A stretch of 64,000 nt of DNA from Epiperipatus broadwayi (GCA_028023455.1 JAQFVV010000011.1:2170001-2234000); one strand, 5' to 3'; shown: positions 52,227 through 64,000, counted from the stretch's first letter. Translations and numbers: made by a program. The notes: generated from the sequence alone by a model not told the origin.

Positions 52227-52383
52227 AAGTTGTAATTATAAATTTATTTAACGCACACTGATTACGTAAGTAATATTTACTAAGTCAATTTAACCTCAAG
52301 AATGTGCGATTGTGGTTAAGACCTGTAGAGGTCCCTATCTTTGCATTTTCAAGCGCACACTCTTGAGGTTTATTGCCTTAGTA
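52227..52383. mobile_element. Small foldback insertion with 13-bp TSD
   Basis: Arms TTTACTAAGTCAATTTAACCTCAAGAATGTGCG / CGCACACTCTTGAGGTTTATTGCCTTAGTAAA; AATGCTTATTTTA at 52214-52226 and 52384-52396. Confidence 0.65.
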
Positions 52384-52423
52384 AATGCTTATTTTATTAA
52401 AGTTAAGCAGTGTAACAATAATA

Positions 52424-53529
52424 CTGTATTTCCTGAAAATAAAACCAGGTCTTAAAGTAATTTTTGCTCCAAAAAACATTGTAGAATAAAATCTACATTT
52501 ATTCAAATACAAAAATGTACTTTTATCAAATGTTTCTTCTCTTTACAAAAAGCTGTAAAATTCTTACCCTGGGAGCCTTCCACAATTTCTCTCTTGTACT
52601 TGTCAGAATAGCTCTTTCTTTTTACACTAACTTTATCTATGGAACAAAAAATATTCCATTTAAATTTGCCAGTAAATCTAGTGTTAATCAAAGATTTGCA
52701 AGACAGGAGTGGTAATGGTTATACTTAAGAATCGTTTGTTCACACAAATGCAACAAAAAAAATGCAGGCACAAAAATTCAGAAAATGTTTCTGTATTTCA
52801 CTTGTGGATACTAAGTACATCCATTACAACATGTGACATATTGAATTATGATGATTCATGTATAACACATCCATGTCAATCCATTGTCAAGTGTGCACAT
52901 TGCAAACACTTTCCAAATTACTCCTAATAGTCCTGCTTGGGTATTCTTTTCAAAAACTTTTCTTTAAGAGAATGATTTATGATTTACTTAAGCTGAAACT
53001 TTGATCATTAAAATCACTTTTGTCATTTAAAGTCTTTTAGGGGGGAAATATGTTTAAGAAATCAAACTATTTTTTTTTATCTTGAATACTTAAAGCTACA
53101 ATGATAAAACTCTAAAACTAAATCAAGCATTCTAAATTGAAGTATTAAATATGAATAAAATAAATATCTAAAAATACGTAAATGAAATTATAAATTGTCT
53201 GATATATTCGGCTTGTAATAGATGAATTGTTTCTTTATACAGGTAGAATTACATTTGTTGAAAATGGTCTACGTGAAAATACATAAGTACCACATAATTT
53301 ATATTTCCATTTATTTAAAGCATTAATGTCAATAATATTGTTTATTTATATAATCTTTACTTTATAATTCGATATTTCCATCTGTATATAAACAAGCAAA
53401 CAAAATCCATCAATCAGGCTGTCAATCTTAGCTAGAGCTTATATTTGAGCTAGGGCATATTTATAATTATCCTGAAAAGGAATGCTAGGGCTTATTTTAA
53501 GGTTAGGTCTTAATTTCAGGGAAACACGG
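52424..53529 (-). mobile_element. pogo-like (Tc1/mariner superfamily) deletion derivative
   Basis: TIRs CTGTATTTCCTGAAAATAAAACC and rc CCGTGTTTCCCTGAAATTAAGACC, TA flanks; remnant KRKSYSDKYKREIVEGSQGKNFTAFCKEKK. Confidence 0.8.
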
Positions 53530-55074
53530 TATGAAATATGGATTTGTTTAGTTGGTCTTGTCACTATCAGTAATTGATGATCTCAACTCTTTAATATTTC
53601 TATGCAATCATTTTTAAGAATTAAGGTTTTCAAATCCCTGAGACCCTTTTCCCCTCAAGTCAGATATTACAACACTTCAATAAGATATTAATTTTTTCTT
53701 ACAAATAGAAGTGTTATTCTTACTACATTATTGTTATTTTGATTTGATTCAGTTTTATGCTACAGAAATTTTTGCTTTAAAATGTTTTGATTAAAAAAGA
53801 CTTTGTGAATTAGCATGATATACATTTATTTATTATTTTTAAGTAATATCAAGACAAAATTAATCCTTGATGATCATACAGATGCATTCTACCTAATGTA
53901 AAAAACATTAACAATAATATATGAAAATTGATTAAAACTACTTTCCTCTGTAGGTTGTTGCCAAGAATATCCTACATCACTGATGTCCAATATATATATA
54001 TATATATATATGTTAAAATGAAGATTTATGTATTTTATATATATATGATGTTAAATTAAAAACAATAATAAACAATACAAACAAAGGAGACCAAAGAAAA
54101 ATAAAACAAAAGAGCAGATCCACTATTGGAATAATGTTAAAGAAAAAAGTATGAAGCTTAGCATAAACCTAAAGATATAATGAAAAAGATTTCTATCTGA
54201 GCTTTAGAACCTCAAATGTTCAAGCCTATACTCACTCTACAAGGATCTAGTTTGTTTAATGTAGATTAAAATTCAGTTAAAATGAAATTTAAAATAGCAA
54301 TACAATTTTTATATGAAGTAAAAAAATTTTAACAGGAAAAAATCTAAAGAAGTTTAGATGTCATCAAATCATATATACCAACTTTCAAATCATTCATTCT
54401 TATAATTTTTTGTTTAAAAAAGCTTTATTAATAACAAACTATCTATAATTATCAACATATTTATAGTAGAATAAATTTATGTTACATAGGCAAAAGTATG
54501 ATGAAACTGAAACCACAATGGTACAGGTAACACAATAAACTGTTTTACTCCAATAAAGTGTGATCCAAAATTAAAGAGTGGCATGTTCTAAAATTACATA
54601 ACCATGATAACTAAACTAGAAAAGAGTCTAGATATTTATTAAACTATATAAGTATATATGTTTTTACCGATTATAACATGTTTCAAACTACTAATGATAT
54701 TATTATGAAATTGATCACAGGATTTCTTTCTTGTTTTTTAACATTTTTATACATTGTAGATAAGTATAGAATTATTAATTAATATAAACTTAGAAACACA
54801 CAGATTAAAAGATACATATATAAATTATGATCATAGGTATGTAGAAGATAAATTGATCTATCTGGAAAACTTCATATTCATAGATCAGGGTCCTACTAGC
54901 ATACTTTTAGGAGAAAATGGTATAGTTGATAAAAAACACACATGAATATTAAATTTAAATGATTATACTTAAAACAATCTAAACTGATAGAAAAATATAA
55001 TTGATAGCATATAATTATCGTTTGTCTGAAGATTTGTGGTGATAGCATTTTAGTATTTATTAAGTGTTGGAGTA

Positions 55075-55600
55075 TTTCCCACATCTAACATTAAATTTTG
55101 AATATCTTTATTTAAATTTTCCAAATACATTCAACTGTTAGTAATAGTATACAGGCAAAAAGCCACCTTGTGCTAACCAGAGTAATCAATGGATGCCAAA
55201 AGGCTTGTGCATAAAATCCCTATCTAGTGCCTACTCATCCAATATCCCCAGACTAGTTTCTAGCTTGTGGCCTTCATCAGTGAGGATCCTTGTGCTAGCA
55301 TGAGATGGTGATCATGTGATGTTTAATAGTATACAGGTTAGTATTTAACACAATGTTTTGAGAGGTATGATTTTTCTCTTTTCTTTAAGTGTTGCTGATC
55401 TGACCAGTTGACAGTACTAGCCTAAGAATTAAAACCTGGATTAAGTATAAAGGAGACTAATACAACTCAAAATGTTGTATGATATTACTAATAATTGAAT
55501 ATAATTGGGAAATTTAAATAAAGTTTAAAAATTTTTTCTAAGGCCCAGTCAATATTTTTAATGTTAGATGATGGAGATAATCCAAAATATAATACATAGT
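55075..55600. mobile_element. PLE 3'-end fragment with inverted arms, interrupted by F1
   Basis: rc of 55075-55445 (excluding the F1 insert) and forward 55500-55600 both match 1520-1700. Confidence 0.6.
55156..55323. mobile_element. F1 element with inversion, intact HHR and 14-bp TSD
   Basis: HHR 55246-55285 (-): CCTCA CTGATGA AGGC-CACAA-GCTA GAAA CTA GTC TGGGG; TAATAGTATACAGG at 55142-55155 and 55324-55337. Confidence 0.9.
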
Positions 55601-55705
55601 ATATATTTATATTTAATTAAGAAACTTAAATTAAAAAAAAAAACACATGTAAAATGAAAATGAGACAATTTAAACTAATAGAAAAATACTATTGACACTA
55701 TATAG

Positions 55706-56279
55706 CAGGGGCCAAGATGTTGACTGTGATCGACTAGTCGATCACGTAATTTCTTTTTTTTTTTCTTGTAAAATTTGCATCTAATTTATTTTAATACAAT
55801 TCTAAAACAATAATTTTCTTTTTTTCTCTCTATATTTTCTTGAATTTTTTTTTAAATTCATAATCAGCTCTAGAAAATAAGGTAACTTAAAATTGTAATT
55901 TAATAAATATTTTATAAAGTGACATGGACAAATTGTAATACTAGAGGGAGTTGAGGTAATTTAATAGTAGTCATATTAAAATAATTTCAATAATTCGTAA
56001 CTTATAGAAAAAAAATTATCAGTTTGTAAATATCTTTTAAAACTGTCACCAATATTTGTGAGTACCTAAAAAGCCCTTATAAAAAAACACCAAATCATAA
56101 GTACGTTCTAAAAAATCCAGGACTTTAGACGATTATTTTTTCCCATTCTGGAGTTTGTTCTGGAAGAAGTAACATTTTTTTTCTGGTTACCAGTTCAAAG
56201 CCCTGAATAAACATGGTGGCTCTCAGGTACACTTTCACCAAAAAAGTAACCTCAATGTCTAAAAGTTTAACAACCCCTG
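55706..56279. mobile_element. Probable hAT-type MITE
   Basis: CAGGGG...CCCCTG termini; 8-bp flanks CTATATAG / CTTTATAA (6/8); GATCGACTAGTCGATC subterminal palindrome. Confidence 0.5.
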
Positions 56280-58182
56280 CTTTATAATCATGTTAATTAA
56301 AAAACAGATATATTAAGCTTTTAATGAAATTAAAATTTATATTTGCACTAAGAATAATATGATAATCTCTAGATTAACCAATGATTAGTAATAATCATTA
56401 ATACATTTATCTAAAGTGAATGATGTCAAAGAGTGTGAGTTCAGAAAGCTTCACACTTATAGATTAAATTGCACTAAGTTAATATTGATAAATGAGAGTT
56501 TGTGATCTGAGCCAACTGAAGACTACAGATTTAACCAGAAACCTCATCTTATGATTATTATCTACCTTTTTCAAATACTTTTACTCGTATATTTCAAGAA
56601 TTTGAGATGAAATAGAAGTCATAAGTATATCTAAAGAATATACAATAATATATCAAACTAAAATTCTTATGAATATTTTTCATAAGTGAATAAATTTAGA
56701 AGTAAAAAAAAATTTAATGATGACAATTTGTACTCAGAATGTAGCATGGAAAGCTTAAGTAATCAATAAACCTAATCTAGCAAAGATTCATCATCAGTAA
56801 GATCTTTTGGATTTGGATTTACTGAATCTTTCATCCAGTCACTTTTGGTTACTCTTTTTTTTTTATTAACCTGACACTCTAAAGTTTAAGCATGATGTTT
56901 TTTTTTAAATTTCAGGCTTCTGGATGGAAGGTACATTATACTTTCATTCCAGGGATATGGATAAAAATCTAAATTCACTATTATTTAGAATTTATTGCAT
57001 ACTCAAGCTTACAACACATGATTGAAATGATATAGAAAAAATATTATATAAATATTAATTATTTAAAAATACATCATCAGAATGAAGGGTCAATTCACAA
57101 GCTAAAGGATTCTAGATCAATTCCTAGTTAAAGAATAAATAAATAAAAAATCTCAATTTGATTAAGGTATGTAATAGATTAAATATTGCTTAAAAAAATA
57201 GATTTACAAAATAATGAAAGAAAAATATTATAGCCTAGTTGAGATACTTTAGTTCTTTCAAAGTTATATTCATTTAGTTGTGAGCCCATGAGATAAGTAA
57301 TGATGTATCTGACCAGTCTCCCTGATGATGCCAGAAGTTAAGACAAGTTAGTATTATAATAAGCAAATTTAGCACTTGATCACCATTGAGGGCAGTTTGG
57401 AATTAGCTACTCTCTTAACCCAATTTATTCTGAACATCATATTCCAAGATAGAATACAAAATATAGTGATAAACTCTGAAGTTTGACCTTTGAAGTTCCT
57501 TGTATTGAGAAGCCAAATATTGTAGTTTGATTTTGGTATTCCATTGATTAGAAACAGGCTTAACTTTGAAGGAAAAAATCACTGTCAAATTTAACTCAAA
57601 AAGAATTAATCTACATAGGAAAAAAAAAATGCTTTTTAAAAATATAGTGTTTATGTTATTATATATGTCAATGATCTATGGTCTTATTTTATTCATCTCT
57701 ACCATCAATAATAGAATAAAGATAACTATGAGCATACTGACCATATAAGACCTCTCCCCATTAACAATAAAGCTTCTGCTTTTTAAAATTTTATACTCAC
57801 ACTACACAGCTGAGTTACCCAGATTAATTTAGGATTTTAAATAATAATAAGAACCAATTAATTGACACTTATTACATGGATAATTAAGAAAAATATAGGA
57901 TGACTACCTGAAACAAAAATTTTAAGACTATTTGTGACTTGCAAAAAATGTCAAGCTTCACTTGTCCCAGGTTCAAACCTCAAATAGTTGGAGGCATACA
58001 TTAGCATTACACCGTGCTTCTCTTTATCACTAATATTTTTAAGTGATAATTATTATTGTTAAATTATTTTTCATAACAGTTTTAGTACATTTATTTTTCT
58101 ATTATTTATATCTTTTGGAGAAGGCAATCTAGTTTTTCAAAAGTTAAGTGGATAAAATGAAAGGAAATCATTATAATCCTGA

Positions 58183-58422
58183 AATAGTTAAAGCTTTACT
58201 TCATTAGCATACAAAATCCATAATATATATATATATCTGTGCTTTACGCACAGATAATGAAGCTGATAACAGTAAGTAAAATAAATAATATTGTACAATA
58301 ATAGCTATGAATGTTGGAGTATGAATCCTCCAGAAAGTGCTCAGCTTTAATAATTGTATAATATTATTTATTTTATTTACTGTTATCAGCTTCATTATCT
58401 GTGTGCAAAGCACATATATATG
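58183..58422. mobile_element. Foldback insertion with 12-bp TSD
   Basis: ~60-bp near-perfect arms (~58238-58300 / ~58350-58412); TTATAATCCTGA at 58171-58182 and 58423-58434. Confidence 0.7.
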
Positions 58423-61400
58423 TTATAATCCTGATCCCAATTTTTTTAAAGGTATTAACAGTAAAAACTCAAAAATTTAACTTTTGCATGTTGTTAAATT
58501 TGCAATAATTATTTACAATTTAATTAATAATTCATATTATAATTTATAATACAAAAAACATAATTTTAATTAATAACATTTTTAAAACAAATTTTAATTG
58601 CAAATATTATTGAAAGCAGAAAAAAAAATATTTTGCATTACCTCGAATTACATGAACAATATATAGATATACATGTGATGAACTACCAATATAAAAGAAA
58701 CTGCCTTTTGGTGCTTTAACAAGAATAGTTTTGACTTATTGGAATTGTCTTACAAAGTGAAAACATTAAATTATATTTAAAAAGCATTAGTTTTACAATT
58801 TGTTTACGATTTTTTTTCAGAAGGTTAAATTATTTAACAAAATATAAAAAAATTCATGAGATTCAAATCAGAAAAGAAATTCATGGCTCCATTAAGTCAT
58901 TCATTCTACCACTATGGTCATAAGTTCAACAGTAATTATCTATGTCATTCATCTTTTGTGTCAGTTCATAGATATATAAATCAGTGGTTATTATATTTCA
59001 TTTATGAATTTGTCAATGAGACTTAATTGTATCTAGAATGATAGAATCCAGCAGGCATTATTGACAAATCTGGAAAAATAATTTTGTTTGGAGCCTCACA
59101 AAAATTTCGTCTGTATGCCATAATTCTTTGATTGTAGATTCTTTGTTGAATGTCCAAAAAGAAATACTGATTTAAGTCTACACTTTGAGTTATTGGCAAG
59201 TCTGATCTCCTTATATTTTCAATAAAACAACTTCTTTTCTGATATCTGGTAGAGGAGTAAATAAAAGAACATTACAAAGGAATACATTCAAATGTGCTGC
59301 AATATTTTTCATGGTAATATTTAAGATTATTATTTACAAAAATATATACACAAAAACTGCTGGGATTTTAGAAATAGGAAAACCGTTTTCATTGCTTTGC
59401 AAATGCTTCGGTTGTTCACAATTAGATAAATTAACTTGTTTTCATCATGATATAAAGGGTAAATAAAATAACAAAAAGTGCTAGTTTCTTCCAGGATTAT
59501 AGTTATTCTATTGTACATTACTGCTAATTATCATATAAGGAATACAAAGAATGTAATTTAATTCCTCTTCATGCGTGTGTGCATCTTTTATAGCTTGCTA
59601 ACATCAATCATTTTGTTTGACAGGAAACATCATTTCCTCTTAATTTTTCCACCTTTAAATTAACAGTTAATTAGTATCTATGGTCAGAATCTAAAAATGG
59701 TAGCAATTTAAATATTCTCTTGACAATCAGACAAACACATGGTAGACTAGGAATGTTAATAATCATTGAAGATACAAATTAATTACATAATTTTATTAAC
59801 TCCTTTACTCTTTAAATTATATTAATGAATAAATTTAGAGGTTCACCAATATTTTATTTTTTAACTAAATAAGAATATTCTAGAATAATATCTGCAGTAA
59901 TTTGATAAATTACAACATTGAATCAGTAATCAGAATATAAAATATATTAAATAAATTTACATTTTACTTCACCATGCTTTACATATTTACCATTTTCTGT
60001 TTGTGGGAAGTATGAGTTGCCAGGCTAAGATTATTAAATAAGTAGAATCATTATGAGGGCAGATATCCACACATAAATAGACAAAATCATCACCAGTATT
60101 ATCTACATAATAATAATGTATTTAAAATGTTTTTTTTTCTACAACAAACTTTTCCTTTTGAGAATCTTCAACGTTTTCTCCTAATATTGATCTCCATTGT
60201 ATTCTATCCTCAGTGATATCTTATCAATGAAAGCAATCAAAATCATGCCTATTTAGAATGTTTTTAAAATAATTTATATAAACAGATATATTTCCATTAA
60301 TAGTGTACTTACTTTCTCCATGAAATAATTTTGGGAAGTCCATTATTATTCATTCATTTTGCATATCCAATCCAATAAAAATGTAATTTTATAATAATAT
60401 AGTATTGCATTCAGCAAGCTGAAAAATATATTGATTGATCTTGTGATTTTGACATCATACTTTTAGAATTATGGATCCAAATGAAATGTTTCTAATGTTA
60501 CATCTATAGGGTATTCCACAATAAGTCAGGTAAAATAACCATTCTGTATACAACTAATGTAATTTCAATAGCTACATCATTATAATGAAATATTAATCTT
60601 TTGCTACAGTAAAAAAAACAGTACACGTTATGTTTTATATTCAAAATGCTGCTTTAATATTTAAATTGCTTTACAAAATGTAAGATGATTATTACTATAA
60701 ATTTTTTATAAAATATTCATTTGTCTGATTGAATATATAAGTGCTCTGAACTAGTCGGAATAAGTGTGAACACTAACAGACATTGTGTACAGTGAAATGC
60801 TTTAATTGCTATACCTCGTGTACTTTAAAAATAAAGAGACATCATATCATTCACACAATAAAAAAGTAATACCACTTTCAAAACTGAAATGACTACAACA
60901 ATGACAAAGAAGATTAAATATTAAACTTAAATAGGAGTGTAAAGCACTTACTTTGGCAAAATTGATTCACAATCGTTTTTCTCTCTTTATATGTAAAGTG
61001 AATTTCTTCAGTTTTAAAAGGTTACTCATTTGACAGATTAAAATTATCTGGTTGAATATCGAAGTGTGATTACTAAGAAAATATTGTTCTAATGGAATAC
61101 TTTGAATATTCCAGAGTGGAGTCATGAATTTTTTAAAAGATAGATATTTAACGTTGCCAATGGAGTATAGCTTTTAAATAATAAGGAAAAAATGTTGCAT
61201 AAATAGAAAACCAATTCTCTCACTTTAAAAGGCAAATGGGTTACTATGTCAAGAGTAATAGTGTTGATGAACTCCAAAACAATTTTTTCTAGCAAATATA
61301 CTAAAAAATTTAGCCATATGTTAAAATAACAAGATTATGAGGATAACATTTACCTTTACCAAAGCTTTTTATCAAATGAGCAGTTATAAATTATTCAATA

Positions 61401-61719
61401 TTTTATTCCAATATTTATAGAATACTTTCAAAACTACAGATGTAAATCCTGTAGAAGTTAGTTAGTATTAAAAATTGAAGTTTGAATACTCTATAAAAGG
61501 TTATACTAACTTATTTCCTGAACCATAACCTTTTTTTAAATAATGAAAATATTTAATAACTCATTTCTTAATCCATAATATGCAGATGAAAAGAAAATTT
61601 TAAATTAAAAATAAATGTTTCATACAAATATGCACTTAAATATAAAGATTATTTAATCAAAGGCAATTCAATTCTAAAAATAGAAATCAAAGTTGGAGAG
61701 ACCAATTTTAAATTAAGAT

Positions 61720-62039
61720 CCAGAAATATTCCCAAATTCACAACTTCATTTATTTTGCTGTAATATCTTATATAAATGCAATTTATTCACTCTACTTTGA
61801 ATACTTTTTAGCAAAAACCTTTTATTGCACGTATATTTGTACACAATCTTACATTTTGATGGTCCTGCAGTCTTCTTCAGAGTCACTTTTACTTTAATTG
61901 TTTAAAAGCCCTTAAAAATTCAAGTAAAAGTGGATATGAAGAAGGCCTCAGAATATATGAAACATAAGATTATGTATGCATATATGTACAATAAAAGATT
62001 TTTGCTAAAAAGTGTTCAAAGTAGAATAGATAAATTGCA
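61720..62039. mobile_element. Foldback insertion with eroded HHR-like motif and 13-bp TSD
   Basis: Arms ~61775-61895 / ~61920-62040; (C)TGAAGAAG...(G/C)AAA in each arm; TTTAAATTAAGAT at 61707-61719 and 62040-62052. Confidence 0.7.
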
Positions 62040-62138
62040 TTTAAATTAAGATGTCATTGACTTTTTAATTTGAGTAATAATGCTTTCTCTCATATCATTT
62101 CATAGTAATCATATAACATAAATGAACATTATTTTACA

Positions 62139-62633
62139 TATAGAGCTTGCAAAATAAGCTCTTAACAAGCTTTGAGGATATTCTCAACCCCAGATCGGTT
62201 TCTGCTACTAGCATCATCAGTGAGGTGCCAGGATATTCAAGCATTAGATTAAAAATACCAGGACAAGCCCAGCACTTTATCTAATGTATAACTATTAAGT
62301 AGAAAATCTGAAATTTTCAGACATCCATATATCTTTCAATCTAGTTAACTTAAATAGCCATATGGGACTGAACTAAGTTCAGATACACCATATATTAATA
62401 GCTTTAGCAATATAAAATCACCAAAGCCTTCATAGCAAAAAATAAAATTACAAAAAAATAAAGTCAGATGTCACATGACCTAATTTAATAAGCTTGTGTT
62501 TACAGATGTTATATATAGAGCTCACAAAATAGCTCTTAACAAGCTTTGAGAATATCCTCAACCCCAGACCAGTTTCTATCACTGGCATCATCAGTGAGGT
62601 GCCAGGATATTCAAGCATTAGATTAAAAATACC
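62139..62633 (-). mobile_element. F2 hammerhead element: ~120-bp direct repeats each with an HHR, 374-nt spacing
   Basis: HHRs at 62188-62225 (rc CCTCA CTGATGA TGC-TAGTA-GCA GAAA CCG ATC TGGGG) and 62562-62599. Confidence 0.85.
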
Positions 62634-64000
62634 ATTATTACAAATTAATTGATATATATATACCTTTGCTAACAATATATATATATTCAATTTCTAAAAA
62701 TGACAATGAGCCTGTGGTAATTATTTATAATTAAAAACAATATTAAATAATTGTGTTCTATTTTCTCTCTCTCTTTTAAAGTGAAACAATAGAAGTATCT
62801 TTAGGATAAGATAATGCAATTTCATAAGTTAAATATTATATTCCAAATCTAAACAAGTTGGTGTATCATTAAAAGCATGTATCTGAATTCTTGTATCAGT
62901 AATTATAAGTTGATCAAAATATGCCTTTTATCTATTAAAAATATCAATAGCATATTAAAGTATATCTTTCGCTGAATTGTAATATCATTTTTAGATCAAT
63001 AGTTATTTTTATATGTTTGTAAAATACCAAAATTAATAAATACTGTATTTTTTTTATTTATTTATTATTATTATCATCATCATCATCACAATGCTTTTGA
63101 ATGCTCCACCAAATATAAACTTTTTCCTCTCTGATTTTTCCTATTTTGGAATCCATATTCAATAAGACATATAAGTAAAATGCTATTAGTTTTGATTTTT
63201 TTTTCTAAATTCTGTCAACTAAAAAATGATTGTAATATATCTCTTTTGGCTAAAGAAGAGCTAGAGATATGAAATTTTTATACAAAGTCATTATCAAAAA
63301 TAATATTTCTTATAACATGCTTTCAAAACTTCATTTTAACCCTTGTCAGTATGAAACTCATGCATATAATCATTTCTTAATTGAAACTCGTAGGTGTGAT
63401 AGTTTGAAATTTCCCCCTTTTTTATCTACTCTATTTACAATTTAGATTTTGTAGATGAAAACCTTTTTCATCTCAATATTAATAAATTTTCAAAGGTTTT
63501 AAAAAAATATGCATAATATCTTATTAATGATTTTTCCCCTATCTTATCTTGAATCTTCTGTTATATTATATATATTTTCATGTGCAATCTGTAATTGGCC
63601 TTTGGTTGTAGATATGTAAGTTACATAAAGATTTGAATTATTATTAAGAATATTATTACTGTTTTTGTTGATATTATTATTATTACTTGCAGTTTTAATC
63701 CAGTAATCATTCTTCTTCCTAATCATTGATATTAAATCCATTTATTGTTCGTATAACTCTATACTCATTTGATTATTCAATCAATCAGAGAGTATTATAG
63801 ACTTCTTTCTAATCAAGGAAATAAATAATATAATCATTGCCAAACACCAATTATGCCTTTCCTTTTTACTGGATCCAAGAACAAATTTACTCTTATCTAC
63901 AACATACTTCTTAAATGAATTCCTAGTCTCAATAACATTATATAGAATTTGGAGTTTAGCATGAGAAAAAATTAAACCATCAAATATCTTATGATCACCA

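Noticed and set aside
56917-56932. 15-nt plus-strand microexon (TTTCAG|GCTTCTGGATGGAAG|GTAC)
   Set aside because: Weak donor and no supporting neighbouring exons.
57305-57350. CTGATGATGCCAGAAG as an HHR
   Set aside because: No GAAA or NUH site at the correct spacing; at most a remnant.
1621-63741. Most short ORFs in the supplied track as genes
   Set aside because: They are low-complexity AT-rich frames or antisense shadows of TE remnants, with no recognisable host domains.

Overview
AT-rich, CpG-depleted eukaryotic (animal, probably invertebrate) DNA, mostly intronic or intergenic and full of decayed transposons; no host protein-coding gene could be identified with confidence. Recognisable elements are Penelope-like (PLE) fragments, a near-full-length RTE LINE, an L1/Tx1-like LINE, other LINE fragments, mariner, pogo and hAT relics, and a tRNA-Gly-derived SINE family. 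The main signal is a set of small non-coding elements carrying minimal type I hammerhead ribozyme (HHR) motifs (CTGANGA-stem II-GAAA-short stem III-NUH). There are at least three intact-motif families: F1 (~451-455 nt unit, 8 copies including one eroded), F2 (374 nt HHR-to-HHR) and F3 (HHR plus Pol III-like boxes). Most F1 copies, the F3 element, PLE 3'-end fragments and several ribozyme-less elements share one integration signature: two inverted arms whose sense 3' ends face outward, flanked by 12-16 bp (usually 14 bp) target-site duplications (TSDs). The inference is a PLE-mobilised, retrozyme-like system copied from uncleaved, multimeric or circular RNA by priming on both target strands. 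Coordinates were read by eye and internal junctions are approximate.
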